The translations under genes were made by a program, and so were the position numbers. Shown here one piece after another: positions 1 to 13,466 of a stretch of DNA of 64,000 nucleotides. The stretch is from Octopus bimaculoides. Taxonomy: Eukaryota. The stretch lies in assembly GCF_001194135.2 (NCBI RefSeq), contig NC_068988.1:10808545-10872544 (forward strand), read 5' to 3'. How positions within the stretch are numbered: position 1 is the stretch's first letter; each line of letters opens with the position of its first letter. Under the pieces are notes generated by a model that had not been told where the DNA came from, ran no database searches, and saw only the letters and a list, made by a program, of their open reading frames with translations.

Positions 1-59
1 GTTAGACAAACAGATAGATAGATATATAGACAGACAGACATAGCGTTAGACAGACAGAC

Positions 60-95
<36 letters not shown>

Positions 96-130
96 TGGCA
101 AACGGACAAAGACAGACAGACAGACAGACA
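1..130 (+). repeat. Compound (GATA)n/(GACA)n tetranucleotide microsatellite
   Basis: Directly visible gatagataga/cagacagaca runs. Confidence 0.95.
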
Positions 131-759
131 GATAGATAGAGTCTACTCATTAACATTGATTTACTCTATTTACGTCTGTACAGTAAGAAATCCATGCATG
201 CGTGTTAAAATTCGTAAATCTATTATCGATTGCTTTTATCGATCACCCCTGTTATCAACCAGAAGACATTAATTATAGGCAATTTCATTTATAATTATTC
301 TGTGTAGGTGATTTCCATTATCTTCTGTATTAATGCTTTTGTTATTATGTAGATGAGACCTGGAATAATGCAACAAATTTATGACATTTTGCAGATACGC
401 AAATTGGAAATACGACATTTGCAAATTGCATGTCATTACAATTTAACGGAAATTGGAGTAAATACAGAAAACGCTGACTGTAAACTTCATCTGGAATATC
501 GGTTTCCAATACTAAAATAATGTTACATAATTCCATATATTACTGACCTTATTCTTATTCGTAATCTTTTAGATACTTTTATTGAAAATATTTAAATCTG
601 TGCGTTTATATTTGGTGATGTAAACGATTAATTTTTAGATACTTATAATTATGAGGATAATTTTAAAAAGAATATTTAAAACTGTTTCAGCCTATTGGTG
701 GAACACGCAGAGCAGCATTTTATTCCCGTTTAGATTCAATGCAAAGTTGACAATCTGAG

Positions 760-935
760 AGACACGTTAGACCGTCGGCAAAAATGATTAGCGCTATTTT
801 TTCCGGCTCTCTACGGTCAAAGTTCTAATCCGGTCAGTATATTTGGTTTTCATCCCATTGTGTTGATTAAAAGAGTACCGTTCAACTACTGGAATCGATG
901 CAAATAAGTTGTCGTCTATCCACAAAATTGCTGCC
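760..935 (+). mobile_element. Highly decayed SINE family A copy
   Basis: gttagaccgtcggcaaaaatgattagcgc...ttttcatcccattgtgttgattaaaagagtacc...ctggaatcgatg aligns by eye to the better family A copies at 34212 and 60177. Confidence 0.45.
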
Positions 936-1199
936 TTTCAACCATGCAGCAGACGGACGTTTGGGTGAATGTTGTGTTCTTAGTCGCTTATTCGCCATAG
1001 AAAATGAGTAACCGGCTCAACAGAAATAAGAAAAAATAATACTCAGCTTCCTAAAATTCAAACCAGGCGATTTGATGGCATTAAAAATAGGCAATATTTA
1101 GAAGAGCAATGATATTCGTCATATTATTTTTGAAATTAGAAACAATATTTCAGGAAAACATAAAAATGTTGCTGCACAATAAATAGTAGAATTTTTTAA

Positions 1200-2046
1200 A
1201 GTTATATGCGTTTTTAGGCGTTGTGCTATTTCCGCCAATCGGGGAAATTATGCACCGATGCTTTTCCAAATTCTCGATTATTTTCCAGGATTCGAGCTCT
1301 GAACTGTTCGCGTATGTGCGTAATGGGATCCATGAAAATCGATTGCGTGGCTGCATTTAACTGTTCAGAGGAAATCGTCTTAAGTAAATATCTGAGTCAC
1401 ATGATTATAAAGCAAACATTAAAATGTATGTGGTGTTCTGTCTCTATCTATCTCCGCTTTGTAGAGAGACAAGCAAAAGTTGAGCAATACAATGGAGAGC
1501 TCTTTGACTGTTTCAATACGCAGGGAAATTTCGAAAATGTGTCACAACATGTGAAGAGAACTGGGTATACTGCTTTGATGTAGGAAGAAATTTATGGATC
1601 ATGGGGATGAAGTTTTGTATGCATTCTCCATTTGGAAGGACCTCGTTTATCTTCTGTGTATATGGTTCCACGCGATGAGTGGCTCACAGCAATATCCACA
1701 TGTTTCATGTTTCGCAGTTTGACAAATGCCTAGATGGATGTCATCCCCACTCCTTTCTACACTCCAAATTATTCACCAGTCACCTTTTGCCAATCTAAAA
1801 ACTCACCTTCAAAAAAAAAGTCATTTAAAGCCTTAGAAAATATCAAAGTGAATTTTTTACGACTTTAGCAACAACTCCTGAAAGCGTTTTACATGATGTG
1901 ATCAAAAAGGGGAGTAATTCGTTCGGAGAAGCGTATCAAAAGTGGAAGAAAAATCTTTTGAAGACAAGTGTGATTAAATTCGAAGTAAAATAATATATTT
2001 GGTTTTAAAATGTTAGTTTCTTTTTTTAACGGATCGACTTCCTCGT
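1200..2046 (+). mobile_element. Decayed Tc1/mariner (mariner-type) transposase pseudogene
   Basis: Manual translation across frameshifts gives ELFDCFNTQGNFEN-VTTCEENWVYCFDV (cf. ITGDETWVY), VIPTPFYTPNYSP (cf. HPPYSPDLAP) and SEKRIKSGRKIF (cf. WEKCI..GEYFE). The right end tttttttaacggatcgacttcctcgt resembles a mariner terminus; no left TIR is evident. Confidence 0.6.
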
Positions 2047-2759
2047 GTTTTGATAACTTCGACTGCCGTAACTTATCATTAGATTTGATTTCTTTCGAAC
2101 TTAGGAATTTTATTTCTTCTCACAAACTAGTAATACTTCTAAATATTGTACCACACACACACACACAGAAACAAACACATACACACTTGTGTGAGTGTCT
2201 ATGTCTTGAAGAGTATTTTCTATGACGTATATAGAGGCCGTTGCACTTTCTTCTTCAATTACTTCTCTTCAAAACAAAACACTACAGTTATCTACTTACA
2301 TTGTCACTTATTTTTTATACTTCCTTACATACTATTCATCTCTGATAATATATTTCTGCCATGAATATTTTAATATCTAACTATTGTCATCTTTAACCTT
2401 TAATAATTCAATATGTCGTTTTGCATTACTATGCTTTCGTCTCAAGCAACAAGTATGAGTTGATTTATGCATAAAAGCCTACGGAGTTTTCATATCTTCC
2501 CTCTTCCGTTGATGGAATAAGAAATCGTAAATTATCGCAGTGTTTATGATTTAGTTTATTTTATATTTATTTATGATACGTTGTACCTCATTTGTTACTA
2601 CGATTGTTTTATTTTAAGTCTCATATTCACAACATGACTTCTCATTTACCAGGTCACTCAAATGCACCTTTATATTTTTTTCCTGAAATAACTTTGCCTG
2701 TAATAACGAAGAGAATATAAGTATGTGTAAGTTTGCGTGTGTGTATGTGTATATACTGA

Positions 2760-2799
<40 letters not shown>

Positions 2800-3088
2800 T
2801 GTGTGTGTGTGTGTGTTTGAGTATAAATGCATATGAACATAGGCGTATGTATATATGTGTATTGCAATCTCTCGCAATATCGCGGTTCATCTATCACGGT
2901 TTGTAATTTAAGCTTACGTCGATTCATATGTGGTGATATTTTTTTCATCTATAATAAAATAAATGTATACAAACTATGAAAGTAATTACAAGTATATACA
3001 GTACATTACTGTCTCTGCTTCTAGGATTTTCACCTATCTTGAGTGGTTTGGAGCGTAAAACCCGAAAAAGTCTATAGACATATGTACA

Positions 3089-3127
<39 letters not shown>

Positions 3128-4460
3128 ATATATGTGTATGTATATATGTGTGCATATATNNNNNNNNNNNNNNNNNNNNNNNNNNNNNNNNNNNNNNNNN
3201 NNNNNNNNNNNNNNNNNNNNNNNNNNNNNNNNNNNNNNNNNNNNNNNNNNNNNNNNNNNNNNNNNNNNNNNNNNNNNNNNNNNNNNNNNNNNNNNNNNNN
3301 NNNNNNNNNNNNNNNNNNNNNNNNNNNNNNNNNNNNNNNNNNNNNNNNNNNNNNNNNNNNNNNNNNNNNNNNNNNNNNNNNNNNNNNNNNNNNNNNNNNN
3401 NNNNNNNNNNNNNNNNNNNNNNNNNNNNNNNNNNNNNNNNNNNNNNNNNNNNNNNNNNNNNNNNNNNNNNNNNNNNNNNNNNNNNNNNNNNNNNNNNNNN
3501 NNNNNNNNNNNNNNNNNNNNNNNNNNNNNNNNNNNNNNNNNNNNNNNNNNNNNNNNNNNNNNNNNNNNNNNNNNNNNNNNNNNNNNNNNNNNNNNNNNNN
3601 NNNNNNNNNNNNNNNNNNNNNNNNNNNNNNNNNNNNNNNNNNNNNNNNNNNNNNNNNNNNNNNNNNNNNNNNNNNNNNNNNNNNNNNNNNNNNNNNNNNN
3701 NNNNNNNNNNNNNNNNNNNNNNNNNNNNNNNNNNNNNNNNNNNNNNNNNNNNNNNNNNNNNNNNNNNNNNNNNNNNNNNNNNNNNNNNNNNNNNNNNNNN
3801 NNNNNNNNNNNNNNNNNNNNNNNNNNNNNNNNNNNNNNNNNNNNNNNNNNNNNNNNNNNNNNNNNNNNNNNNNNNNNNNNNNNNNNNNNNNNNNNNNNNN
3901 NNNNNNNNNNNNNNNNNNNNNNNNNNNNNNNNNNNNNNNNNNNNNNNNNNNNNNNNNNNNNNNNNNNNNNNNNNNNNNNNNNNNNNNNNNNNNNNNNNNN
4001 NNNNNNNNNNNNNNNNNNNNNNNNNNNNNNNNNNNNNNNNNNNNNNNNNNNNNNNNNNNNNNNNNNNNNNNNNTATTTTTATGTGTCTCGACCATACGTG
4101 TACTGATGAACAAAAGATGCATGTTACTTCACAATGTTTCTGTATTGATTGAGAAACCAGTGGTTTACCGTTAAGTTAAACGTTTTTAAGAGATTAATTT
4201 TGAAAGCTGCATTTCCTCACTTTCGGTAAATATGTTGCTTATTTTTTTGGTAGTTTCTGACTTATTTAGTCCCTCTAAGCGTGAGGCATTACTACATAGT
4301 TAATGCCCTTTATATAAATTATATATATTTATGGAAAAAAATGATGAATTTTTTTTATTATGAGGTTTTTTTTCACGCTGACTACTTGATAAATTCTTAT
4401 AAAGATTTTATCCTATAATATATATGTATATATATATATAAGTCAGTATTTATATTTTGC

Positions 4461-4572
4461 GTCCAAATTCGCCGTGTTCGACTTTGCCTTTCATGCTTTA
4501 GGGGTCGTTAGATTAAGTACCAGTCGGGAACTGGGGGCGATCTAATCGACTTGCCCCCTCCCCCAGAATTTG
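4461..4572 (+). mobile_element. SINE family A, 5'-truncated
   Basis: aaattcgccgtgttcgactttgcctttcatgctttaggggtcg...aagtaccagt...gatctaatcgacttgccccctcccc matches the central and 3' parts of the family. Confidence 0.8.
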
Positions 4573-4867
4573 GAGTCGTCTTCCGAGAAGAGAAAAGAAT
4601 ATACTATGCTGGCATTTCTTCCTGCTCTTTACATTCTGTGTTGGAACCCGTCGAGTTCAAGTTCGCCTTTCGGCCAGAATGATATGGGTACTGGTCAAGT
4701 ACTGGTGTCGATTATTAGATTGTTCCATTCCATTCAAAATTGCCAACATTCTTGTGCCAAAATTAGAAATAATAATTAGTGTGTGATTGAAAGCGAAAAT
4801 ATGGAAAACCACAGATATAATACTACACCGCCTCATTAAACACTGAGTATTAACATTGGTATTAGTA

Positions 4868-5062
4868 GTAACGGTAATAGCAGCAGCAGCAGCAATAGTC
4901 GTAGTAGTAGCAGCAGCAGTTTCAATAGCATCATTAACAACAGCAACAGTAGATCTATAAGTGCGAGCACCACCTCCACCACAAGCACTACTACTACTAC
5001 TATTACTACTACACCTACTACTGCTAATAATAATAATAATAATACCTCTACTACTACTGCTA
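4868..5062 (+). repeat. Compound trinucleotide region (AGC/ACT/AAT)
   Basis: Visible cagcagcag, actactact and aataataat runs; source of the poly-S/I/A ORFs. Confidence 0.85.
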
Positions 5063-6844
5063 CTGATATTAGCTAGGGTTAATAAAATACATGGTTGATC
5101 TTGTGCCACTTTTGCTCGACTTCCTTGTGTCCGGTTTTCCATGCACGTCACAAAGAGATTGTGCTTTTAATCTCTCTGGCTAAAGTAAAATTATGCTCAT
5201 TTTCTTCCCTGGTTCCTCCAACTTTTTATAAATGCGCAATTTTGCAATAAGTACAACATACACATACTTTAATATATCCCCATAAATCAAGGCCCATTGA
5301 TACGTTTGATAATTGCGTAGAAACTGCCCGTCAGCAGTTACAAGTTCATATACAGTAAACACTCCACATACATACATGCGTATGGTACGTGATGTATTCG
5401 TTTAAATTGCCATCATGAAATATTATTCTCCCGAGAGAATTGTCATTCATTATTGAAAGCTATCTGGTCGTCTGTGATTACGATAATCTCTTCGTATTTA
5501 TTGCCTTGACTGAATCGAAAGGATTATTTACTTGGGAACACTACAGCATGATTGATAGTAACCACTCAACATTATTTCTAAATGCATCCAAGATATATAA
5601 GTGATGATAAGAGCAGGGGAACATAACGAATTGTCAATTTTGCTGCACTGAATTAATACAATGAAAGCGAATCTATTTTTTTTCTTTTTCAGATTTTTAC
5701 AGCATTACAATATGAATTTGTATTGTTGACTGAAGGTGGGTCTGAAAGTTTTAATGCCCATGGATTGCATCTAAAACACGTTGCAATTAGAAAAAGTAAT
5801 CACGAGTGTAGTATTTGTCCCTTTGAACAATTTAGACCAGTTATATAGCATGAGTAATATAAAGTATTAACAGGGTAAGAATTGTGAGTTTAAAAGTGAA
5901 ATGCCTTTGTTCAGAAGAGGAACAAAAACTTGCAAATGGAAAATTATGACATGAGAGAAAAAAACATTTATAATGAAGCTTTTTTCTGTAGCCGTATATT
6001 TACAGTGAATTCCTAAGTAAATGTAGCATTTTCAGAAAATGAATGTAAAGCTCTTAATAGCAGAAACGATACACTAAAAGCTTTGCTTAAAAAAATAATT
6101 GGTATAAATAGTAGAAAGGTATTATATTTGATTGATGGAACTACGAGGTATTTCAATGAAGAATTTCATTCCCTGAAGTAATGAATTTACAATAGTTTGA
6201 CTGAAAGGCTTATGTGTAACAGCTGTGCTCAGTGTTGTTTCAATAAAACTAGCGGTCCACCAGTTTGTTCATCAAAGTACGCTTCTAAACGTCGGTTAGA
6301 GTATAGTTCGATAAAAGCAATAACATGTTGAATCTGTAAGTCACTCATCCTTTTAAACTTAGTGAATGCGTTAGATCACTTATTCTATCATCCACATTCT
6401 TTGTTAAAATACAGCACTTTCCGCCGGTATTTTTTCCGTTAGTAATCGCTTAAATAAAGTTCTTCGTAGAATGTTGGTCTCTTCTTTTGCTCAACTGATT
6501 TAATTTTCTTAAATGTAACAAAGATTAGGAAAACAAATATTTGCAAATGAATACTATTTCAGGTTAAATGTTTGCTAAAATTAATTGTAAATCTGCTGAT
6601 AACTAAAAAAAAAAAATAAACCAAAAAAAAATACAAGTAGAGGATTAACTGGAACTATCGTCATCATAATCTCTACAGCATTGGAAATTACCTTAAGAAG
6701 ATTATACCCATGAGCTGGGACTCGACTGGTGTCAGAAATCATTGTACACGGTGATAATGAAACTTGTTTCTAAATATAGTTTCTAGTCACAGAAATAATA
6801 ACATATATTCCAGATTCTATTTCATGGTAAGAATATTATTTTCT

Positions 6845-7078
6845 TTTATAGGCACAAGGCCTGAAATTTTGTGGGGGGGGTAGTCGATTACATCGACCGC
6901 AGTACTTGGCTGGTACTTATACTATCGACCGCAGTACTTGGCTGGTACTTATACTATCGACCCCGAGAGAATGAAAAGCAAATTTGACCCCAGCTGAATT
7001 TAAACTGAGAATGTGAAGAAGGACGAAATAGCGCTAAGCATTTTGCCCGATCTGCTAACGATTCAACCAGTGTATCAC
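6845..7078 (-). mobile_element. SINE family A, near full length, with internal 32-bp tandem duplication
   Basis: Reverse complement carries the family head (ttagcagatcgggcaaaatgcttagcgc), central tcggggtcgat motif and 3' ggccttgtgcc tail. Duplication at 6892-6955. Confidence 0.85.
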
Positions 7079-7085
7079 CTCAGTA

Positions 7086-7089
<4 letters not shown>

Positions 7090-7143
<54 letters not shown>

Positions 7144-7150
7144 CAACAAC
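7090..7150 (+). repeat. (AAT)n then (AAC)n microsatellite
   Basis: Directly visible. Confidence 0.95.
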
Positions 7151-7165
7151 AGCAACAAGACAAAT

Positions 7166-7680
7166 AACAAGAACACCCAGAGAGCGCAAACCTTCGCCAG
7201 GCCAACACCAATGTCCTCTCAACGATTGGCCGGAGTTAATTTTTAAAATGAGAATATTTGAAATAAACTCGACCGCTCTCATAAACGTAGTGAAAACATT
7301 AATAATAAGGATAAGTTCTACTCAGGAATTTTTAATTGAATAGCATGAGACCTTTTTGCTTTCTCTTCTCATAAATTCAGGCCTTTCTTTAGTATTCTTG
7401 TTGCATTAGATCGATGTATAGAATTTTGAATATATGTAAGTATACTTTAAATTGTTAATATGTATGTATAATATATAATATAAGGGAGATAAACTTGAAA
7501 GACCAAAGTAAATATAACAAATGATCCAGAATCGTTGTCCGGTACCGGAACGATCCCCAAAGTTAATCAACTCGTGCCAGTCACGAGACCAAAAATCCTT
7601 CAATATTTCATCCGAAAAAGAAACAAACGATCCCTGCCCAAAACAGTAGCACCTCCTTCGCTAAGGCGAAGATGATAATA
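7166..7680. mobile_element. Non-autonomous Helentron-associated (HINE/DINE-like) element, interrupted by AT-rich sequence
   Basis: Left end aacaagaacacccagagagcgcaaaccttcgccaggc; right end hairpin cttcgc-taag-gcgaag (7656-7671). A subterminal repeat related to a terminal hairpin is the HINE architecture; family assignment is from recall. Confidence 0.5.
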
Positions 7681-8014
7681 AGGAACAGTGAAAAAAACAG
7701 ATTTAGCGTACTATACTGGCAGTCCAAGACCAATCTTTGGCCACAAATTGGACGATCGACCTTAGGAATGAACAAGTTCTCCATTATGCCGAATTTGTAA
7801 TAGTGTTAACAAGATCATTGCCTATATATGTTGTACTGACACGATGAGGTTGCGAATGTACCGCATTGGAGAATTGTGTGAAAAGTGGGGACTAGAGCGA
7901 GGCAGGGTTCCAGGAGTTCCAACAAAATCTGTGTGAAAATATTAACTACAGCAATAATGATTTTAAATTGCTAGCGCAATTTCGGAAGACTGGTTTCCGT
8001 GATTCAAGCCTTCA

Positions 8015-8157
8015 ACTGGTACTTATTCTACCACCCCTGAAGTACGGCATGTAAAGTTGACCTCAGATGTATTTGAACTCAGAACATATAGGCATAAGAA
8101 ATGCCGCTACGCGTTTTGCCAAGCGTACTTGCAATTCTGCCAGCTGGCTGCCTTAAC
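8015..8157 (-). mobile_element. SINE family A, decayed
   Basis: ctggtacttattc...aaagttgacctc...tttgaactcagaac...ttctgccagctggctgcctt is the reverse complement of the family head and centre. Confidence 0.7.
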
Positions 8158-9359
8158 AATAACGGTGACTATTATTTTCTTAACTATTGCACTGCTTTAT
8201 CTAATATTATACTCATACCTCATACGTTTTCCACGTGATATTTTAAGGAATTATGCCTGTTCAAATCCGTATTTAGTGCACGAGTCTACAATATGTAGGA
8301 GATTTGATTTCTTAATTGAATATGAATTAACGCTTAGGATACTAAACAGCGATGATGTATGTATTTAAAATATACATAGTAATACTAAACGTGAGCAAAC
8401 AATCTTTCAGTAGTACTGTGTTGATCAAAATGTTGCTGTTTAGTTTTTGTATCTTCTGCAAGCTTATGAGCAGAACCCTTATTCTGTGATCAAATAATTA
8501 CCTGCCTTCAGTGGCGAAGAACACTCTCAGTTGTATATTCACATTTTCTTCACAGCTGAAGAAATAAAATTAAATGAGAAATCAGAACATAAGGCATGTC
8601 GATGATGTTCGTTTTAGTTCTCCATTTTCCGGATGATCTTTAGTTCACAAAATAAAACGTGTCTCATCAATAGTTCAGGTTTCACTACGTTAATGCATCA
8701 GTGTCTAAGTGGTACACATGCGGAAAGGAACAAAAACGAACAGTATCAGTTATCCAACCCAAACGCAGGCACAATGGAATAAAGAGACAAAACCTTTTGG
8801 GCCTACCGAGTATAAGTGATATATATTGGTTTGCTCAAGCTGACAAACTATTTCATATTGCAACGAGGATTCAACAATAAAACGAATCAAGCCGTGTATA
8901 TTCTTAAAAGTTCTTTAGTAATGACTTTCAATGACTTTCAGGAAGGTTAGATATGGAAGTTGAACCAGAATAGAAAGAATCAAATATGTAGCTGCCCTGC
9001 AGCATATTATTCGTCTATTACTATTTAAAATATTGGTTTCTATACTCATGTTGATTTCAAGGCCATCACGTTCCTTGGAAAATGTGAGATGGGAAAATAA
9101 ATCTAAATGGATAACCATATATTACTGTCATCGTTAACATTCTATTCTATGTCACGGGTTAAATGTGAAATTAGATGATTCTATCTTTCCAATATTCTGA
9201 GTTGATTTCTAATCAGAACCAAAGACGATACCCTGACGCTCTGCTTTGTACGTCTCATTCCTTTAGAAGAAGTATTATTAGATAATGAGAGAGTCGGCGG
9301 CATTAGCACGTGTTCGAGGAGTTCATCTGTAGCGTGTGTATTGGGATACTTTATCCTGA

Positions 9360-9620
9360 TGGGTCCGAAATATGCCTGTGCCGCAGGTGGTTGCTCAGGC
9401 CAAAGGCAGTACATAAGTACCGGAATCATTTATCGCAGGGACGAGAATGTGCGAATTGCTCTTCGTGTCCTCGATGACCGATATCTGCCACTTGAGGTCT
9501 GTTATTTTCCATCTGGTTTGTTCCCTGGACGAAGAAACCCAGCCATTTGAGGTGGTCCTTGGCGATCGTTTCACAACTATCTTTTACTTTCCTTGGAGCC
9601 TTTAACATGGCGTTATTAAG
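9360..9620 (-). mobile_element. RTE-clade LINE ORF2 C-terminal fragment (pseudogenic)
   Basis: Minus frame reads ETIAKDHLKWLGFFVQGTNQMENNR...CDK*FRYLCTAFGLSNHLRHRH, resembling the RTE C-terminus (WE.LA.DR..WR.....G...FE..R, then C..C.R.....GL.SH.R.H). Confidence 0.5.
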
Positions 9621-10219
9621 TGCTTTCCAAAATAAACACATCCTTCATTCTAATGGATTCCTAGAAGCTATGAGACGTATCACAAGAACACAAGCAAAAA
9701 TGGAATGCATACAACACCCAAAACTGAACAATTGTAAGACAATGAAGTCTATCAAGAAATTCGTAGTCTCCATAATAGTGCCAAAATTAAATTAGGTTCG
9801 TTCAATACCACCACCTCTTTTATCAAAGATTACATTTATCACGAGTTATGGTGGGGCCATTTCTGACACCATTTATAAAGATATTAAACCACTCTTAAGA
9901 AGCTATTGATAATACTAGAGATGGTAGGTGGAAGAAGGTCTATAAAAAATTATGTATCTTGTATTTATTCGAATTATTAATTTTATTATGTGGTGTTGAT
10001 TGTATTTTTATGGGTCGAATAATAGTTAAGTCTACAAGAAAAGATGGTATCCGAAAATCTATTAAATATTAGAGAGTTATACACACGGAGAATAGTTAGG
10101 GATTCTCTAATACAAAGATGCATTTCTGCGTGTATTTCTCTATTTGTTTATAGTTCAGTCACTCAAAGCGCTTCAATGTGATCTAAGCATAAATAAAATT
10201 CTCAACAGTATATAGCGCG

Positions 10220-10251
<32 letters not shown>

Positions 10252-10553
10252 CACATACACACACACACATATATATATACATGAATGTACGTATCTGCAC
10301 ATATACATATATAAGCATATATATATATATANNNNNNNNNNNNNNNNNNNNNNNNNNNNNNNNNNNNNNNNNNNNNNNNNNNNNNNNNNNNNNNNNNNNN
10401 NNNNNNNNNNNNNNNNNNNNNNNNNNNNNNNNNNNNNNNNNNNNNNNNNNNNNNNNNNNNNNNNNNNNNNNNNNNNNNNNNNNNNNNNNNNNNNNNNNNN
10501 NNNNNNNNNNNNNNNNNNNNNNNNNNNNNNNNNNNNNNNNNNNNNNNNNNNNN

Positions 10554-10590
<37 letters not shown>

Positions 10591-11469
10591 TAGATAGATA
10601 GATATGTATATATATATATATAAATGGGGGGTTGTGTGTGTATTAGTGTATGTATGTATATATATATATATATATATATATAAACATATATGTGCATAGA
10701 TATTCGTACATGTATTCGTATGAACATATATAGAATTATATATATGTGTCTGTGTCTGTGTGCGCGCGAGAGCGAAAATATTTATATGTGTATACGTATA
10801 TACGCTCCCATATATGTATACACCTACATAACAAACACACATATGCCCCTGCATAAATCAAATCTATATATTTAAGAAGCGCGAGAATGAGGGAGAGGGG
10901 GAGTGAGACATAATGAAATATATACATTAAACGCAATGATAATTTCAACTTATTCACTTCAATAAATTCCAGATACATATGACAGGCTTCAAATTGCTCT
11001 AAAAATTGACGTACAAAAAAATATCGCATGAATTAATTTCGTTTTAAAATGTACACAAAAATTCATTCTAAGGACTAATGTGCGTACATAGAAGCGTCAG
11101 AAAGAAACCTTATACGTGTCTTGAATCTCCAGTACTTAAGAGCTATCTGTTTAAATGCTATATGTTTTCTTCATGAACACTGGTTCAATTGGTAATGAAT
11201 AAAATTGTGAATTATTAACGTAATTAAGATTATTTGCTTAAGTGGCGTAATTGTTCATCGATGCATATTCATTAAATCCAATGTATACTAACCTTTCAAG
11301 AATGAAACTTCACATAAGATACATCCTCTTTGCGCACATGCAAACACATGCTTACATATGTTTACATATGTATGTAAGTATATATATATATATATATATT
11401 TATTTATTCAGAGCAGTAGTTGTCATCCAATGGTTTCGAGAGGCTATGAATCTCCCCCATCTGTGTCTG

Positions 11470-11598
11470 CGGTCGACGTTACCGTTCATCCTTTCGGAGG
11501 CGATTAAATAAGTACCAGTCTCGCACTGGGGTCGATGTAAGCGACTTAATCCTTTTGTTTGTCCCCACTGTGCTTAGCTGCTTGTGGGCAATAAAGAT
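11470..11598 (+). mobile_element. SINE family A variant, 5'-truncated
   Basis: ggtcgacgttaccgttcatcctttcgg...taagtaccagtctcgcactggggtcgatgtaagcgacttaatcc...tgtgggcaataaaga. Confidence 0.8.
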
Positions 11599-11918
11599 AT
11601 ATATATAATGCTTAGCGTGTAAGTTAGTAGAGACTCGTAAACATAACCTATTGTATACCGGAATTATTATTACATGAAGAAGGCTGCGAAACATTCCTAC
11701 TCGTAAGGATAACAAGTAGTTCAATAAATGTATTTCCCGACAATCTGGGAGGTTTTATTCTCCTTATGAAATAATCGCATGCATCGGCTCGGCTGGATTT
11801 TAATTGCATGCAGCTCATCATATTCTCCTGTATTGAATTATTATTTCGTCTATTAGATTAGTTCGGTTGTAGAGCTTTCCGGGATAGACACACGATTTTG
11901 TGAATACATATGTTGCAT

Positions 11919-11954
<36 letters not shown>

Positions 11955-13466
11955 TATATATATAGTCTGTTAAAGTCTGTCATACCGGCCATGACGAAGG
12001 GAAATAACCCTGAAACTTGATTCGCCTTTATATATTTATATATTTGATCCTTTATGTTGAACACTCAATATTTCATCTACATTCAATACTTTATTTCATG
12101 GTGCCATCCATTTTTATTTTATTTTATTTTATATTATATATTTTATATTATATTATACATTGTATATTCCATATTCTATATCCCACATTNNNNNNNNNNT
12201 ATATATATGGATGGATGAATGGATGGATGGATGGATGTGAGGGTGTATGATAGCGCATATTGTATGTATGTATGTACGTATGTGTAAGGCATTATGTATT
12301 GCTATCCCTGTAGGTTACACGATATATGTAAATAATCTAGTATCATTCTATGTGCTATTTACATCATTACGCTCACGTCAATCAAAATACAAACCAGACA
12401 AAATGTTTAAATTGAAAACAATAGATAAAATCACTCTCTTTTCAAAATATAGATTAATTCACTTCTACAAAGATTCACGGAATGTCCATTTGTTGAAATA
12501 TCTTTGTGTTTCGTAGAAAGTAAATCTATGTGGAAAACGTTGCATTAGTCTTTCATTTTACTGTCCTTTAATGTAGGTTGCTGTGTAGCATAGTAAATAT
12601 TTATATCACATAGCCAATTACCTTAATGAAATTCTAAATAACAAAACATTTATTTATATGTACTTCTTTAATTTTCTATAATTTGGTGCTTTAGTATTTT
12701 CTAATTGATAAATCACGTACACTACATATTATATTGTGCAATTTCAGTTCATCTATAAATATAGTGTAAAAATAATTAGTTTCGTTACAGCGCAGTAAGA
12801 ATACTAAAATTGATTAAATATTTTACTGCTTCCTAGTTAGATGGAAATTGTAGACAAACACAAGTGATTCGTACAGAATTCACATTTAAAATTTGGAAAT
12901 AGCTGAATCGACAGTGTTGCAGCTGTTGACAGTTCAAACCATGCTAACTGATATTCGCTTCATGAATATGTGTTTTATTATATGTACGCATCTCCTGCAG
13001 TTTATGGTTGACGAGTACTTTGGCATAATCGGCTGCGTTTTCCAGTCTTCTTCCTTCTAGAGATACACCACTCCCATGCATTAAGATATTCTGGAATAAC
13101 TAAGATCAATAATACATTGTTGTAATCTTCATCTGTCACAAATAAATGTATATTTAATCCGGTTAAACGAAAAGACGGAGAATGTGTATTGAATAAGATA
13201 TGTACGCAACTGGCACCAGTGCATATATGTCTTAGAAAACCATCAAAACATTTATCATGAAGTTTTAGCGTTCGTTACTGTATCCAGTTCTTTACAACCA
13301 CTTTCATATTATATATACATGCATTGTGTGTCTATGTGCGTTTATATATATACATGCGCACAAGCATACACATAAACAAACATCCATACACACTTACAAG
13401 TTATATACATACACACTTACAAGTTATATACATACACACATGCATTTATCTATGCATATGCATATG

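Noticed and set aside
345-536. Minus-strand ORF with QFANVVFPICV, reminiscent of the trypsin F...V.PICL motif
   Set aside because: Only a short motif resemblance, no catalytic DIAL context, a poor donor (gtctca) and no other protease exons found.
3034-4174. Long ORFs of 320-370 aa (and similar ones at other gaps)
   Set aside because: They run through N gaps and (AT)n/(GT)n repeats, giving X, YI and CV runs; they are artefacts.
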